64,000 nt of DNA from Bacteroidota bacterium (GTDB taxonomy: Bacteria > Bacteroidota > Bacteroidia > Cytophagales > Spirosomataceae), in contig JBEBBJ010000002.1 of assembly GCA_041158445.1 (NCBI GenBank), positions 6,672 to 70,671 of the forward strand, read 5' to 3'. Below the pieces are notes generated by a model. It saw only the letters and a list, made by a program, of their open reading frames with translations, was not told the origin of the DNA and did no database searches. A program made the position numbers and the translations under genes. Shown here piece by piece: positions 9,557 to 18,428 of the stretch; position 1 is the first letter of the stretch; the number at the start of each line of letters is the position of its first letter.

Positions 9557-10924
9557 ATGAAACAATTCATTGCCCTCTTTCTTTTCATCCCCTTCTTCGC
9601 TCAGGCGCAGTTTAAAATCACGGTTTCCCGTTCTAAGAACCCCATTTACTTCCGTGGAACCCTGTTTGATGAAAAGAATTTCCTGGCAAAAGACACCCTT
9701 CGAGGCACCGTTTTATCTTCCAAAACCCCTATCAAAGGCGGCATTTATTACCTACAATTCGCCCCCTCAAAAGAGCGCATTTACTTCAATATCGAGAACA
9801 ACGACAAATTCGCTTTAACCTTTTCTGGTCCCGCTTTTCTGGCTTCTGCTCATTCATCAGACCCGAAGAATGAGGTATTTTTGAACTACCAAAGACTCGA
9901 AAAATCGTTCTCTGTCATTGACTCGCTATATGCTGTAGAAATTGCACGTGGTCGCAAATTCAAATTCGCAGATAAAGCGGCCTTTTTCCAGTCTAAAACA
10001 GCCGCTTTAGTTGCCTTCCGTAAAAAAGCGCTCGTTTCGCTCCCTCCTTTTAGTGCGGTCGCGCTCTATTTCAAATCGTTAAATACACTCGATGAATCCA
10101 TTCCTAGCCGGACGGATTACGCGGCTCGTGCCCGCTTTTTTGCGAAGATTCCATTCAACGATGGCAAATTACTATTTACCCCCGTTTTCCGCCCTTTGTT
10201 AGTTGAATACCTATCTTATTATCCTTTGCAAGCTGATTCTATCCGCGTAGGAGTGGAAAAAGTTATGTCCAAAATCGACTGCGGAGCTAAGTCCTATCCC
10301 TTCGTTTTCGACTATTTCAGCTCCGTGATGAAGAACCGAAACATCGTGGGAAACACCGAGGGCTATGCTTGGTTTTTGACAAAATATGGCGTTGGGAATG
10401 GGTGCGGCGCGTTTACCGCCGCTCAGAAAAAGGCCTTTAAAGAAGAAGCTGAAAAATTGGGAGCCTTGAAGACGAATACGTTGGCGGAAAATATCGTGTT
10501 GAAAGACACCGCCGGCAACATCCAGGACCTACAGAAATTTGCCGCACAGAACGACTACACATTGTTGATGTTCTACGCGCCTACCTGTGATCATTGCCAA
10601 AAAGAGGTCCCCGAAATCGACTCCACCACCGCCGTCATCGAGCGCATTAAGAACCTAAAAATCGGCCGTTTCGCCGTTTGCAACGAACCTGGCGTATCCC
10701 GCGCTATTTGGCTAGACTTCATCAAGAAATACCACGTAAACACGAACGCTCTTCACGTTGACCTCCCAGCAAACTCCCCTATCCGCGGTACCTATGACGC
10801 CTTCGCGAATCCCACCTTTTATCTTTTAAACCACAAAGGTGAAATCGTCGCAAAAAAAATCAGTCCATCTACCCTGCGCAAATATTTTGCTGGACTACAG
10901 CCTGCACTACCCAATGCGCCCTAG
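9557..10924 (+). CDS. Secreted thioredoxin-fold (TlpA-like) protein
   Basis: Signal peptide MKQFIALFLFIPFFAQAQ. CxxC motif in APTCDHCQKEVP within a C-terminal thioredoxin-like region. I chose ATG 9557 because a TAnnTTTG box at 9544-9551 lies inside the longer track ORF. Confidence 0.7.
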   Translation: MKQFIALFLFIPFFAQAQFKITVSRSKNPIYFRGTLFDEKNFLAKDTLRGTVLSSKTPIKGGIYYLQFAPSKERIYFNIENNDKFALTFSGPAFLASAHSSDPKNEVFLNYQRLEKSFSVIDSLYAVEIARGRKFKFADKAAFFQSKTAALVAFRKKALVSLPPFSAVALYFKSLNTLDESIPSRTDYAARARFFAKIPFNDGKLLFTPVFRPLLVEYLSYYPLQADSIRVGVEKVMSKIDCGAKSYPFVFDYFSSVMKNRNIVGNTEGYAWFLTKYGVGNGCGAFTAAQKKAFKEEAEKLGALKTNTLAENIVLKDTAGNIQDLQKFAAQNDYTLLMFYAPTCDHCQKEVPEIDSTTAVIERIKNLKIGRFAVCNEPGVSRAIWLDFIKKYHVNTNALHVDLPANSPIRGTYDAFANPTFYLLNHKGEIVAKKISPSTLRKYFAGLQPALPNAP

Positions 10925-10985
10925 TGGGCTTAAATGACCCTTTTGTGTGAAATTTCGCGAGACGTGTAGATAGCATTTTCAGGTA

Positions 10986-11002
10986 TTGACACAATTTGTC
11001 AA
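10986..11002. promoter_or_regulatory. Palindromic element TTGACA-N5-TGTCAA (copy 2)
   Basis: gcattttcaggtATTGACAcaattTGTCAATacgct. Confidence 0.5.
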
Positions 11003-11082
11003 TACGCTCATTTCGATTATCAATAACCTGATAGGTTTGTGTTGAAAATTGTTAGAGGTTTGCAAAAATAACCACTAATAAT

Positions 11083-11331
11083 ATGCCCGAAATTTGCCGA
11101 TTCTACGGCCTAACTATTTACATGTTCTTCAACGATCATCTACCTCCGCACTTCAAAGTGAAATTTGCAGAATTCGAAGCCAATATTAAAATTCTAGACG
11201 GCTCAATACTTACAGGAAATTTACCAAAGAATAAACTCAAGCTTGTACAAGCTTGGGCAGAAATTCATACATTTGAATTAATCACCATGTGGGATAGCAA
11301 AAGTTTTCACAGTATTAAACCACTTCAATAA
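11083..11331 (+). CDS. DUF4160-family small protein
   Basis: 82 aa, MPEICRFYGLTIYMFFNDHLPPHFKVKF.., which I recognise as the DUF4160 N-terminal pattern. Confidence 0.6.
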   Translation: MPEICRFYGLTIYMFFNDHLPPHFKVKFAEFEANIKILDGSILTGNLPKNKLKLVQAWAEIHTFELITMWDSKSFHSIKPLQ

Positions 11332-11601
11332 TGATACGCATAGATATATGTTGACTGCCTATTCAATACGGGAGAATTAAAGCGAATTGAAATACTCCCA
11401 CTCCTATTAAATCACCAGCATTTAAATGGAATTGATCAATTAAAAGATTATTCTGTATTTGAAAAAGCGGTGATAGGAGATATGGGTGAATTAAAATGGG
11501 AAAAAATCATTTTATCCCCTAAAGATGATTCCGGACAGCGTTGGGATTATGATATCTCACCTGAGTTTGCTTATGAAATAGGCAACATTTCAAGTTTATA
11601 A
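11331..11601 (+). pseudogene. DUF2442-like gene with apparent frameshift near the 5' end
   Basis: ATG at 11331 overlaps the upstream stop (TAATG) and reads MIRIDIC then TGA at 11352. The +1 frame opens after TAG 11341 and continues ..VDCLFNTGELKRIEILPLL..WDYDISPEFAYEIGNISSL to TAA at 11599-11601. The switch point lies in an ATATAT run at 11344-11349. Confidence 0.5.
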
Positions 11602-11635
11602 ATTCTTTCGAAGCCCTAAAGTCCATTTTCGCAAA

Positions 11636-11652
11636 TTGACAGAAAGTGTCAA
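11636..11652. promoter_or_regulatory. Palindromic element TTGACA-N5-TGTCAA (copy 3, flank inverted relative to copy 2)
   Basis: aATTGACAgaaagTGTCAATacctgaaaag. The reverse complement of the right flank matches the left flank of copy 2 (cttttcaggtattgaca). Confidence 0.5.
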
Positions 11653-11728
11653 TACCTGAAAAGCCCTCTCAGTACCTCGACGTTTATTTCACACATTATT
11701 GCCCCCAGGCGACCTAATCGACATATTT

Positions 11729-11804
11729 GACTAAATCGCAGAGCGATGACTAAACGACAAAGTCGTGACTAAGGCGCAAAGCGCCGACTAAGCCACGAAG
11801 TGGC
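11729..11804. repeat. Tandem array of four 19-nt units: constant GACTAA linker + variable 5-bp stem / 3-nt loop mini-hairpin
   Basis: Unit 1: gactaa ATCGC aga GCGAT. Unit 2: gactaa ACGAC aaa GTCGT. Unit 3: gactaa GGCGC aaa GCGCC. Unit 4: gactaa GCCAC gaa GTGGC. The period is exactly 19 (11729, 11748, 11767, 11786). Degenerate units flank both sides. Confidence 0.9.
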
Positions 11805-11811
11805 GAGTCAA

Positions 11812-13302
11812 CTAAGTCCGCAGGACGCCCTCCGCCAGCGCCCGATCATTCGAGAGGCGGGGAACTTTGTTTTGGCCCCCTAATTTACCCTGGGACTTCA
11901 TGTACGAAATAAATGCGCCTGATGGTAAAGAGGTAAGGACTAAAGGTTGCAAGATGGACCCGGTGATTAGGTCGCGGTAATAGATGTTTTGGGCGCACAT
12001 CGAGGCATCGACAGCTTGTTGAAAAGCTTCCAATGAAGCAGGAGGTGACGAAAATTCCACTAACCACTCATGATAAGGCAAACCAGACGCGGGAGCTACT
12101 TGTGGTGCCACTGTAAATTCCACCACACGAGCTTCAGGACAGGCTGCAAGTCCAGCAGCTAAAGCCTTTTCGACTTCCTCTGCAATCACATGCTCGCCAA
12201 AAGCCGAAATAAAGTGCTTAATTCGCCCCGACACCACAATGCGGTAGGGATTTAAAGAGACAAACTTGACGGTATCGCCGATCGAATACGACCAAAGGCC
12301 TGCATTCGTCGTCAATAAGAGCGCATAATTCACGCCCAAAGAAACCTCTGTGAGGCTTAAGCGGACTGGATTTGCCCCGAAATAGGTATCGGTAGGGACA
12401 AACTCAAAGAAGATCCCGCCGTCTACGTTCAATAATAGCCCTGGTTCGCCCGAAGAGTCTTGAAATGCAATGAACCCTTCCGAAGCCGGATAAGTCTCGA
12501 CTACGTCGATTTCTCGGCCTATCGAGGCCATCAATTTCTCGCGATAAGGTTCAAAGTTCACTCCGCCGGTAACGAAGACCTGGAAATCGGGGAAGAGGTC
12601 GCCTATTTTTTGGCCTGATAATTCTTCCAACCGATCAAAATACATCTGCACCCAGGGAGGAATACCCGAAATCAAACCCATTCGCTTCGAAATCGTTTCC
12701 TGTACAATGGCCTCTAACTTTTGCTCCCAGTCATCGATGCAATTCGTCTTATACGACGGCATTTGGTTGCCGCGCAGATACCCTGGAACATGGTGATTCA
12801 CGATTCCAGACAGGCGGCCAGTAGGTACACCATTAGTCTCTGACATCTCTGGCGAGCCACTTAAAAAGATCAATTTGCGGTCTAAAAACGAGGCATTTCC
12901 GCTGTAATGCACGTAATGCAAAAGCGCATCGCGAGCGGCAGTAATGTGAAAAGGCATGGATTCCGATGAAATCGGGATGTATTTGACGCCGGAGGTCGTG
13001 CCGGAAGTTTTGGCGAAATAGGCTGGCTTGCCTGGCCAAAGAATGTCTTCCTTACCCGCCACCACTTCATCAATATAGGGCTTAATGTCTTCGTATTCAA
13101 AGATGGGCACATTCGACCGGTAGTCGAGGTAGTTCTTGATTTTAGCAAAGGAATGGCCGCGGCCGAAGAGGGTTTTCTCCGCTTTTGCTACCATCTGCTT
13201 CAACCAAAAGTCTTGGCGCTCGAAGGCCTGCTCTTGACTTAAGCGGTACTTTTTAACGACACGGGCCGCTAGAGGTTTGGCAAAAAAGGAACGAATACCC
13301 AT
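11812..13302 (-). CDS. GH3 (auxin-responsive promoter) family acyl-adenylate-forming enzyme
   Basis: 496 aa; ..FAKTSGTTSGVKYIPIS.. adenylation-type motif, with length and overall pattern typical of bacterial GH3-family proteins. Confidence 0.75.
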   Translation of the reverse strand: MGIRSFFAKPLAARVVKKYRLSQEQAFERQDFWLKQMVAKAEKTLFGRGHSFAKIKNYLDYRSNVPIFEYEDIKPYIDEVVAGKEDILWPGKPAYFAKTSGTTSGVKYIPISSESMPFHITAARDALLHYVHYSGNASFLDRKLIFLSGSPEMSETNGVPTGRLSGIVNHHVPGYLRGNQMPSYKTNCIDDWEQKLEAIVQETISKRMGLISGIPPWVQMYFDRLEELSGQKIGDLFPDFQVFVTGGVNFEPYREKLMASIGREIDVVETYPASEGFIAFQDSSGEPGLLLNVDGGIFFEFVPTDTYFGANPVRLSLTEVSLGVNYALLLTTNAGLWSYSIGDTVKFVSLNPYRIVVSGRIKHFISAFGEHVIAEEVEKALAAGLAACPEARVVEFTVAPQVAPASGLPYHEWLVEFSSPPASLEAFQQAVDASMCAQNIYYRDLITGSILQPLVLTSLPSGAFISYMKSQGKLGGQNKVPRLSNDRALAEGVLRT

Positions 13303-13309
13303 CGCTACA

Positions 13310-14020
13310 CTATTTAAAGATGCCTTTCGGGTCTGGCATTTTCGCCGCTAACAATGACCCAAAATTCAAGTCCAATTGCAAAATATCTGCCATGCGAGCT
13401 TCGTGGAAATAGGTCCACGCTAACTCGTAGTTCTCTTTATAATACGCCACCTGACAACGTTTCATCCAGGCATTCGCGTTCTTTGGATCCTGCGCTAAAG
13501 CATGCTTCAATTCTGTTTCTACATCGTCCAATGTTCCACAATCCATACCCTTCTGATAGCAATCCAACTTCACGATGGCATAATCTACGCGCATCATTGA
13601 TTGCGTCGAATCAATTTCTAATCCTTTGTTTAACAAACGAATAGCTAAATCATTATCCCCTCTTTGGAAAGAAATAACACCTAAACCCCAAAACGCATCC
13701 ACGCTATTCGGGTCCAAGGCACTAATCAAATTAAACCTTTGTGTTGCGGTGTCCAAGCGTGCCGTAGCCACATATTCCCAGGCTCTTTCCGCAAAGAAAG
13801 CAACGGCCTCAGCTCTCGAGCCAAAAGACGCATCACAACTCGCTACAAACTCATTTAATTCCTTTTGATCGGCTTTCGAAAGCGGTTTAGATCCATACAA
13901 AACCTCATACTTCGCTTCGCGAGTAGGCTTTACGGGAGCGGCTGCGGCGCTACCTGCCGCGGGTTTTGTTTGTGAGAACGCAGCAAACGAAATCAAACAC
14001 AATAACAGAACTCTTTTCAT
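13310..14020 (-). CDS. TPR-repeat secreted protein
   Basis: Signal peptide MKRVLLLCLISFAAFSQ from the internal ATG at 14020; the longer track ORF would overlap the helicase gene. The remainder is helical-repeat (TPR-like) sequence. Confidence 0.55.
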   Translation of the reverse strand: MKRVLLLCLISFAAFSQTKPAAGSAAAAPVKPTREAKYEVLYGSKPLSKADQKELNEFVASCDASFGSRAEAVAFFAERAWEYVATARLDTATQRFNLISALDPNSVDAFWGLGVISFQRGDNDLAIRLLNKGLEIDSTQSMMRVDYAIVKLDCYQKGMDCGTLDDVETELKHALAQDPKNANAWMKRCQVAYYKENYELAWTYFHEARMADILQLDLNFGSLLAAKMPDPKGIFK

Positions 14021-14030
14021 AGACACAAAA

Positions 14031-15455
14031 CTAACGTTTCTTTTTATTGGACGCGGCACCGGGACGGAATTTTGCATTCTTTCCCGGGCGGTTATTGCGG
14101 ACTATCGGCTTAGGACCTTGAACGGCTCCGCCTTTCGGCCCAGCCTTCGTCACGGCTTTTTTCTGAGGCACTTTTTTACCCGCGGCCTTGGCCTTAATGA
14201 CCCATTTCTTATCGTGGAACGCCCCTTTAAAGTCTGGATCCTCGCGTTTGCGCTGATCATCGACCGCGCGTAACATATCTTGTTGCTCTAAAAACGGCGT
14301 TTCTTCGATCTTGATTCCCTCTGGCAATTGTTCGATTTCAATCTTCTGCTGAATGATCTCTTCGATCTTCGCCCAGTGGTAACTCTCCGCCAAGGTGATA
14401 AAAGTGATCGACTCCCCTATCTCTTCCGCTCGACCTGTACGGCCGATTCGGTGGACGTAATCCTCATAAATTAAAGGCACATCAAAGTTAACCACGTGGG
14501 AAACTTTGGGGATATCGATGCCGCGGGCAGCTACATCTGTCGTCACCAAAACGCGCACATTTCCTTCGCGGAATTGCGCCATCGCGTTGATACGTGTATT
14601 CTGGCCCTTGTTCGAGTGAATCACCCGAACCTGGTCTTTAGGTAATGATTTCAACAACCACTTCTCTACGTCATTTGCCGCATCTTTTGAACGACAAAAT
14701 ACCATAACACGATGAAAATCAGGGTTTTGCATAAAATAAGCGAGAGCATGTAACTTGGTTAATAAGTTAGGCGCCTCGTAAACTGATTGCGTCACCTGAC
14801 TCGCCGGCGTAGCCTGCGGGGTGATTTCAATCTTCATCGGAAACTCCAAAAACTCGTGCGACAAGTTCTCTACCTTCTCTGGGAAAGTGGCAGAAAACAA
14901 GCCATTCATTCGCTTTTTATAAGGAATCTTCTCCAAAATCTGACGAATCTGCGGCATAAAGCCCATATCCATCATCTTATCTGCTTCGTCTAAAATCAAG
15001 AATTTCAATTCCTTCACCACGATCACATCCTTGCGGTATAATTCAAGGAAGCGGCCTGGTGTAGAAACGAGGATGTCGACGCCTTCCTCGAGGGCTTGGA
15101 TTTGCGGCTTTGGCCCTAATCCACCGTATAAAGCAAGAATTCGCAAGTCCGTAAACTGCGCTAAACCGATCATCACCGTGTGAATCTGCATGACTAACTC
15201 CCGCGTAGGCGCTAAAATCAAGGCCCGCGGATTCTTCCCCTGGGCATACTTGCAACGCATTAAAATAGGAAGCGCATAGGCCGCGGTTTTACCCGTACCC
15301 GTCTGCGCGATGCCTAATAAATCGTGGCCCTGCAATAATAAGGGAATCGCCTTCTCCTGAATGGGCGTCGGTTTCGTGTAACCCACCGCTGTGCAAGCGC
15401 GTTGAAGCTGTGGATTTAATCCCAAACTTAAAAATTCATCCATTGGATTCGGCAT
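14031..15455 (-). CDS. DEAD-box ATP-dependent RNA helicase (RhlE-like) with basic C-terminal tail
   Basis: Motifs AQTGTGKT, PTRELV, DEAD, SAT and HRIGRTGRA are all present. The C-terminal tail is lysine/glycine-rich. Confidence 0.9.
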   Translation of the reverse strand: MPNPMDEFLSLGLNPQLQRACTAVGYTKPTPIQEKAIPLLLQGHDLLGIAQTGTGKTAAYALPILMRCKYAQGKNPRALILAPTRELVMQIHTVMIGLAQFTDLRILALYGGLGPKPQIQALEEGVDILVSTPGRFLELYRKDVIVVKELKFLILDEADKMMDMGFMPQIRQILEKIPYKKRMNGLFSATFPEKVENLSHEFLEFPMKIEITPQATPASQVTQSVYEAPNLLTKLHALAYFMQNPDFHRVMVFCRSKDAANDVEKWLLKSLPKDQVRVIHSNKGQNTRINAMAQFREGNVRVLVTTDVAARGIDIPKVSHVVNFDVPLIYEDYVHRIGRTGRAEEIGESITFITLAESYHWAKIEEIIQQKIEIEQLPEGIKIEETPFLEQQDMLRAVDDQRKREDPDFKGAFHDKKWVIKAKAAGKKVPQKKAVTKAGPKGGAVQGPKPIVRNNRPGKNAKFRPGAASNKKKR

Positions 15456-15519
15456 TGTTAATGATTTACAAAGGTAGGGAAAATATAATTCTTACCTTTG
15501 AAACAAAATTATTGTTGTT

Positions 15520-16611
15520 TTGGCTCGAATTAAGGCATTTCTATTGAATCTAGGCCTATTGGTCGCCCTCTCCTTTGCCACAGGGAGCCTGTCTTCGCTA
15601 TTTTTAGCCGGCCTCGACTGGATTCAGCACCACGGATCCTATTTATACGCCTTACCTATTTTAGGTTTAGTCTTCCAAAGCTTCCCCTTTCCCGCCTACC
15701 TCATCATCCCCGCTACCTGGCTCAGTCATTTAGCTGGAGCATCGGTCGGTCGCGAAGGAACAGCCGTTACGATGGGTCGAGTTTTAGGAGAGAGAATTTC
15801 ATCTTCTACTATTTTTCCAAAAGCCGGCATGGCCGCTGGCTTCGCCTCGGTTTTTGGGACACCACTTGCCGGCGCCTTTTTTGCACTCGAAGTAGGAGAG
15901 GTCGGCAAAATAAATTTCCGTCACCTTCCGGCCTGTCTTTTTGCAGCATTTTCAGCCAATTTTGTCAGTCTCCACGTGTACGGCACAAAACATCTTTCTT
16001 ACCCTGTCCTTTTTTTGCCTTCGTTTTCAGGCGAATTTTATGCGAAATTAGCGCTTATGGGCCTATTTTTAGCCCTAATTGCCTTCCTTTATAAGCGCTC
16101 AGAATCGTTTATAATTTCTGCGTTCGACAAATTACCCGTACAAGGTCCGCTAAAAGGGATTCTCGCGGGCTTGATTTTGTTCGGAGTCCTAAGCATCCCA
16201 GTGTTTCACGAAAGCACCGGACTCGGATCTGAATTTTTGTTGAGACCCTTTACTACTGTCGTACCGGACTTCGCCTTATGGAAATTACTCGCCACGAACC
16301 TAAGTTTAGGCCTCGGTTTTAAAGGGGGAGAAGCAACACCATTATTTTTGATCGGCTCGCATGCCGCTTCCGGATTTGCCTCCTGGATCGGCTTGCCTAT
16401 CGGACTTGCGGCAGCTATCGGATTCGTGAGTTTATATGGAGGTCTTGCCAAAACTCCACTAGCCGCCACCCTTTTAGGAGTGGAACTTTTCGGTCCATCT
16501 GCCTGGTTTTGCTATTTATTTATCACCCTGATCGTCTTATTCGGCTCAGGGAAAAAAGGTATATTCTCGAATCAAACCTGGGCAGCTTATCTGCCAAAAC
16601 CACTTTACTAA
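15520..16611 (+). CDS. ClC-family chloride channel protein
   Basis: 363 aa polytopic membrane protein with ClC selectivity-filter-like motifs GREGTAV and GFASVFGTPLAGAFFALEV. TTG start in the track; the start is uncertain. Confidence 0.7.
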   Translation: MARIKAFLLNLGLLVALSFATGSLSSLFLAGLDWIQHHGSYLYALPILGLVFQSFPFPAYLIIPATWLSHLAGASVGREGTAVTMGRVLGERISSSTIFPKAGMAAGFASVFGTPLAGAFFALEVGEVGKINFRHLPACLFAAFSANFVSLHVYGTKHLSYPVLFLPSFSGEFYAKLALMGLFLALIAFLYKRSESFIISAFDKLPVQGPLKGILAGLILFGVLSIPVFHESTGLGSEFLLRPFTTVVPDFALWKLLATNLSLGLGFKGGEATPLFLIGSHAASGFASWIGLPIGLAAAIGFVSLYGGLAKTPLAATLLGVELFGPSAWFCYLFITLIVLFGSGKKGIFSNQTWAAYLPKPLY

Positions 16612-17792
16612 TGTTTACAAAAGCCTTCGAACACTACGAATCCTTCCGTGAAAATCGCCTAAACAAGCGCCGCTTTTCTGCCGCTTTATGGCAGGAATTA
16701 ATGACCGAATGGTCATCTTATTTCGACGTTCGCGAACTCGGAAAAACGGAAGAGGGTAGACCCATCCAGGAGGTAAAATGGGGAGAAGGTCCTATACAAG
16801 TCATCGCTTGGTCCCAAATGCACGGCGACGAGGCCACAGCCACACTCGCTTTAGCTGATATTTTTCGTTTATTATCCACTTCGGGCGAACCGAGTACGGA
16901 GATTAAGCAAAAATTGCATCAGAAAATCACTTTGCGCATCATTCCTCGTTTAAATGCTGATGGTGCAGAAAGATGGCAACGCGAAACGGCTCTAGGCATC
17001 GATATGAACCGTGATGCAACGAAACAAAACTCAGTCGAGGCACAGATTTTATCCTCCTGGGCAGACGAAATCAAACCTTCTTTCGCCTTTAATCTACACG
17101 ACCAAAACCGTTTATATTCCGTAGGAAATAGCCCAGAGCAAACCCACATCGCCTTCCTAGCAACCACAGGTGATGATGAGGGAACCTGGACCCCATCACG
17201 TCTGCGCGCCGGCCAAATCTGCAACCGCATGCTTTCACAAATCCGGCCTATTATACCCGGAAAAATAGCAAAATGGACGGACGAATATGAGTCCCGCGCT
17301 TTTGGCGATACCTTCTCGTCTCGCGGATACGGGCTTGTTTTATTAGAATCTGGTGGAGCAGGATGGGACTTAGAAAAACATGTCTTACGTAAATTAAATG
17401 CCTGTCTTTTAATCGATGCCTTTTGCGCCATCGCAGACGGAAGCTATACATCAGAATCGATTGCAAACTACGAGGCACTTCCTACGAACGAGAGAGCCAT
17501 CGTTGACATCAAAATAACCGACGCACCATTGAGCTCAAGTGTCCGTGCGGACGTCTTATTCAACCTAGTTGAAACGCCGATGACCGACGGAAATATCCAC
17601 TACTCCTGGGTGATAGAAAACATCGGCGACATGTCTCCTTTCTATGGATTAACAGAAATCGACGGGAAAGACTTACATTTGTCCCCTGATTCGAACATTG
17701 CCTTAGGCGATAATTACACCGAATTAGTCCTGTTAAAAGACGGAAAACCAAGTTTCAAATTATCCGATTACACGCATAAAATACAATCCTAA
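16611..17792 (+). CDS. M14-family zinc carboxypeptidase-like protein
   Basis: Start taken at ATG 16611 (TAATG overlap with the ClC stop). ..WSQMHGDEATAT.. and ..DMNRD.. resemble M14 zinc-ligand and active-site regions. Confidence 0.6.
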   Translation: MFTKAFEHYESFRENRLNKRRFSAALWQELMTEWSSYFDVRELGKTEEGRPIQEVKWGEGPIQVIAWSQMHGDEATATLALADIFRLLSTSGEPSTEIKQKLHQKITLRIIPRLNADGAERWQRETALGIDMNRDATKQNSVEAQILSSWADEIKPSFAFNLHDQNRLYSVGNSPEQTHIAFLATTGDDEGTWTPSRLRAGQICNRMLSQIRPIIPGKIAKWTDEYESRAFGDTFSSRGYGLVLLESGGAGWDLEKHVLRKLNACLLIDAFCAIADGSYTSESIANYEALPTNERAIVDIKITDAPLSSSVRADVLFNLVETPMTDGNIHYSWVIENIGDMSPFYGLTEIDGKDLHLSPDSNIALGDNYTELVLLKDGKPSFKLSDYTHKIQS

Positions 17793-18428
17793 ATGACATC
17801 CTTACCTGTAATAATTATTGGAGTTAATCCTTTTGGCCTAGAAGTAGCACACATCTTTGAGAAAAATGACGTCGTAGTCTATGGATTCTTAGATGATGAT
17901 CCAAAGAAAAAGGACACCAGCATCGGTGAAATTCCCGTCTTAGGAGCAGCGGACGATGAGTCTTATTTCAAATTAATTGGCAAAAACTGCGGCGTTTTTG
18001 TAGCCCTAGAAAATCCAATTGAGCGGAAGAAAATGATCGAATTGATCTTAGAGGAACGCGAAGTGAAACCCGTAAATGCGATCCATCCATCAGCTAATAT
18101 CGCCGATGTGAAGAGCCTTTCCTACGGTGTATTCATCGGTAGCGGTGCACAGATTTTACCTGAAACAAAACTAGGGGATCACGTGATTATTGGCTCTGGA
18201 ACCATCATCGAAACGGGTGCACAAATCAATGATTTCGCGTCTATCGGCGCAGGTTCAGTTGTAGGTAAAGAAGCGATTATTGAGAACAATGCCTACGTGG
18301 GAATTCACTCGACTATCGTAGGAAGTGTGAAGGTAGGTAAGAGCGCAACGGTAGGAGCGGGCAGTGTAGTTATTGAGAATGTGGCTGCGAGCAAACGCGT
18401 ATTCGGAAACCCGGCGAAGCCTCTATAA
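17793..18428 (+). CDS. Hexapeptide-repeat sugar O-acyltransferase (NeuD/PglD-like)
   Basis: N-terminal Rossmann-like segment (IIIGVNPFGLEV..), then left-handed beta-helix hexapeptide repeats (IGSGTIIETGAQINDFASIGAGSVVGKEAIIENNAYVGIHSTIVGSVKVG). Confidence 0.75.
   Translation: MTSLPVIIIGVNPFGLEVAHIFEKNDVVVYGFLDDDPKKKDTSIGEIPVLGAADDESYFKLIGKNCGVFVALENPIERKKMIELILEEREVKPVNAIHPSANIADVKSLSYGVFIGSGAQILPETKLGDHVIIGSGTIIETGAQINDFASIGAGSVVGKEAIIENNAYVGIHSTIVGSVKVGKSATVGAGSVVIENVAASKRVFGNPAKPL

Noticed and set aside
16919-17431. 170-aa minus-strand ORF inside the M14 peptidase gene. Similar antisense ORFs lie at 24418-24900, 18787-19173, 28982-29317, 35300-35608 and 48167-48508.
   Set aside because: All lie fully within longer ORFs that have recognisable motifs on the opposite strand. 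They have no motifs of their own, so they are most likely spurious.
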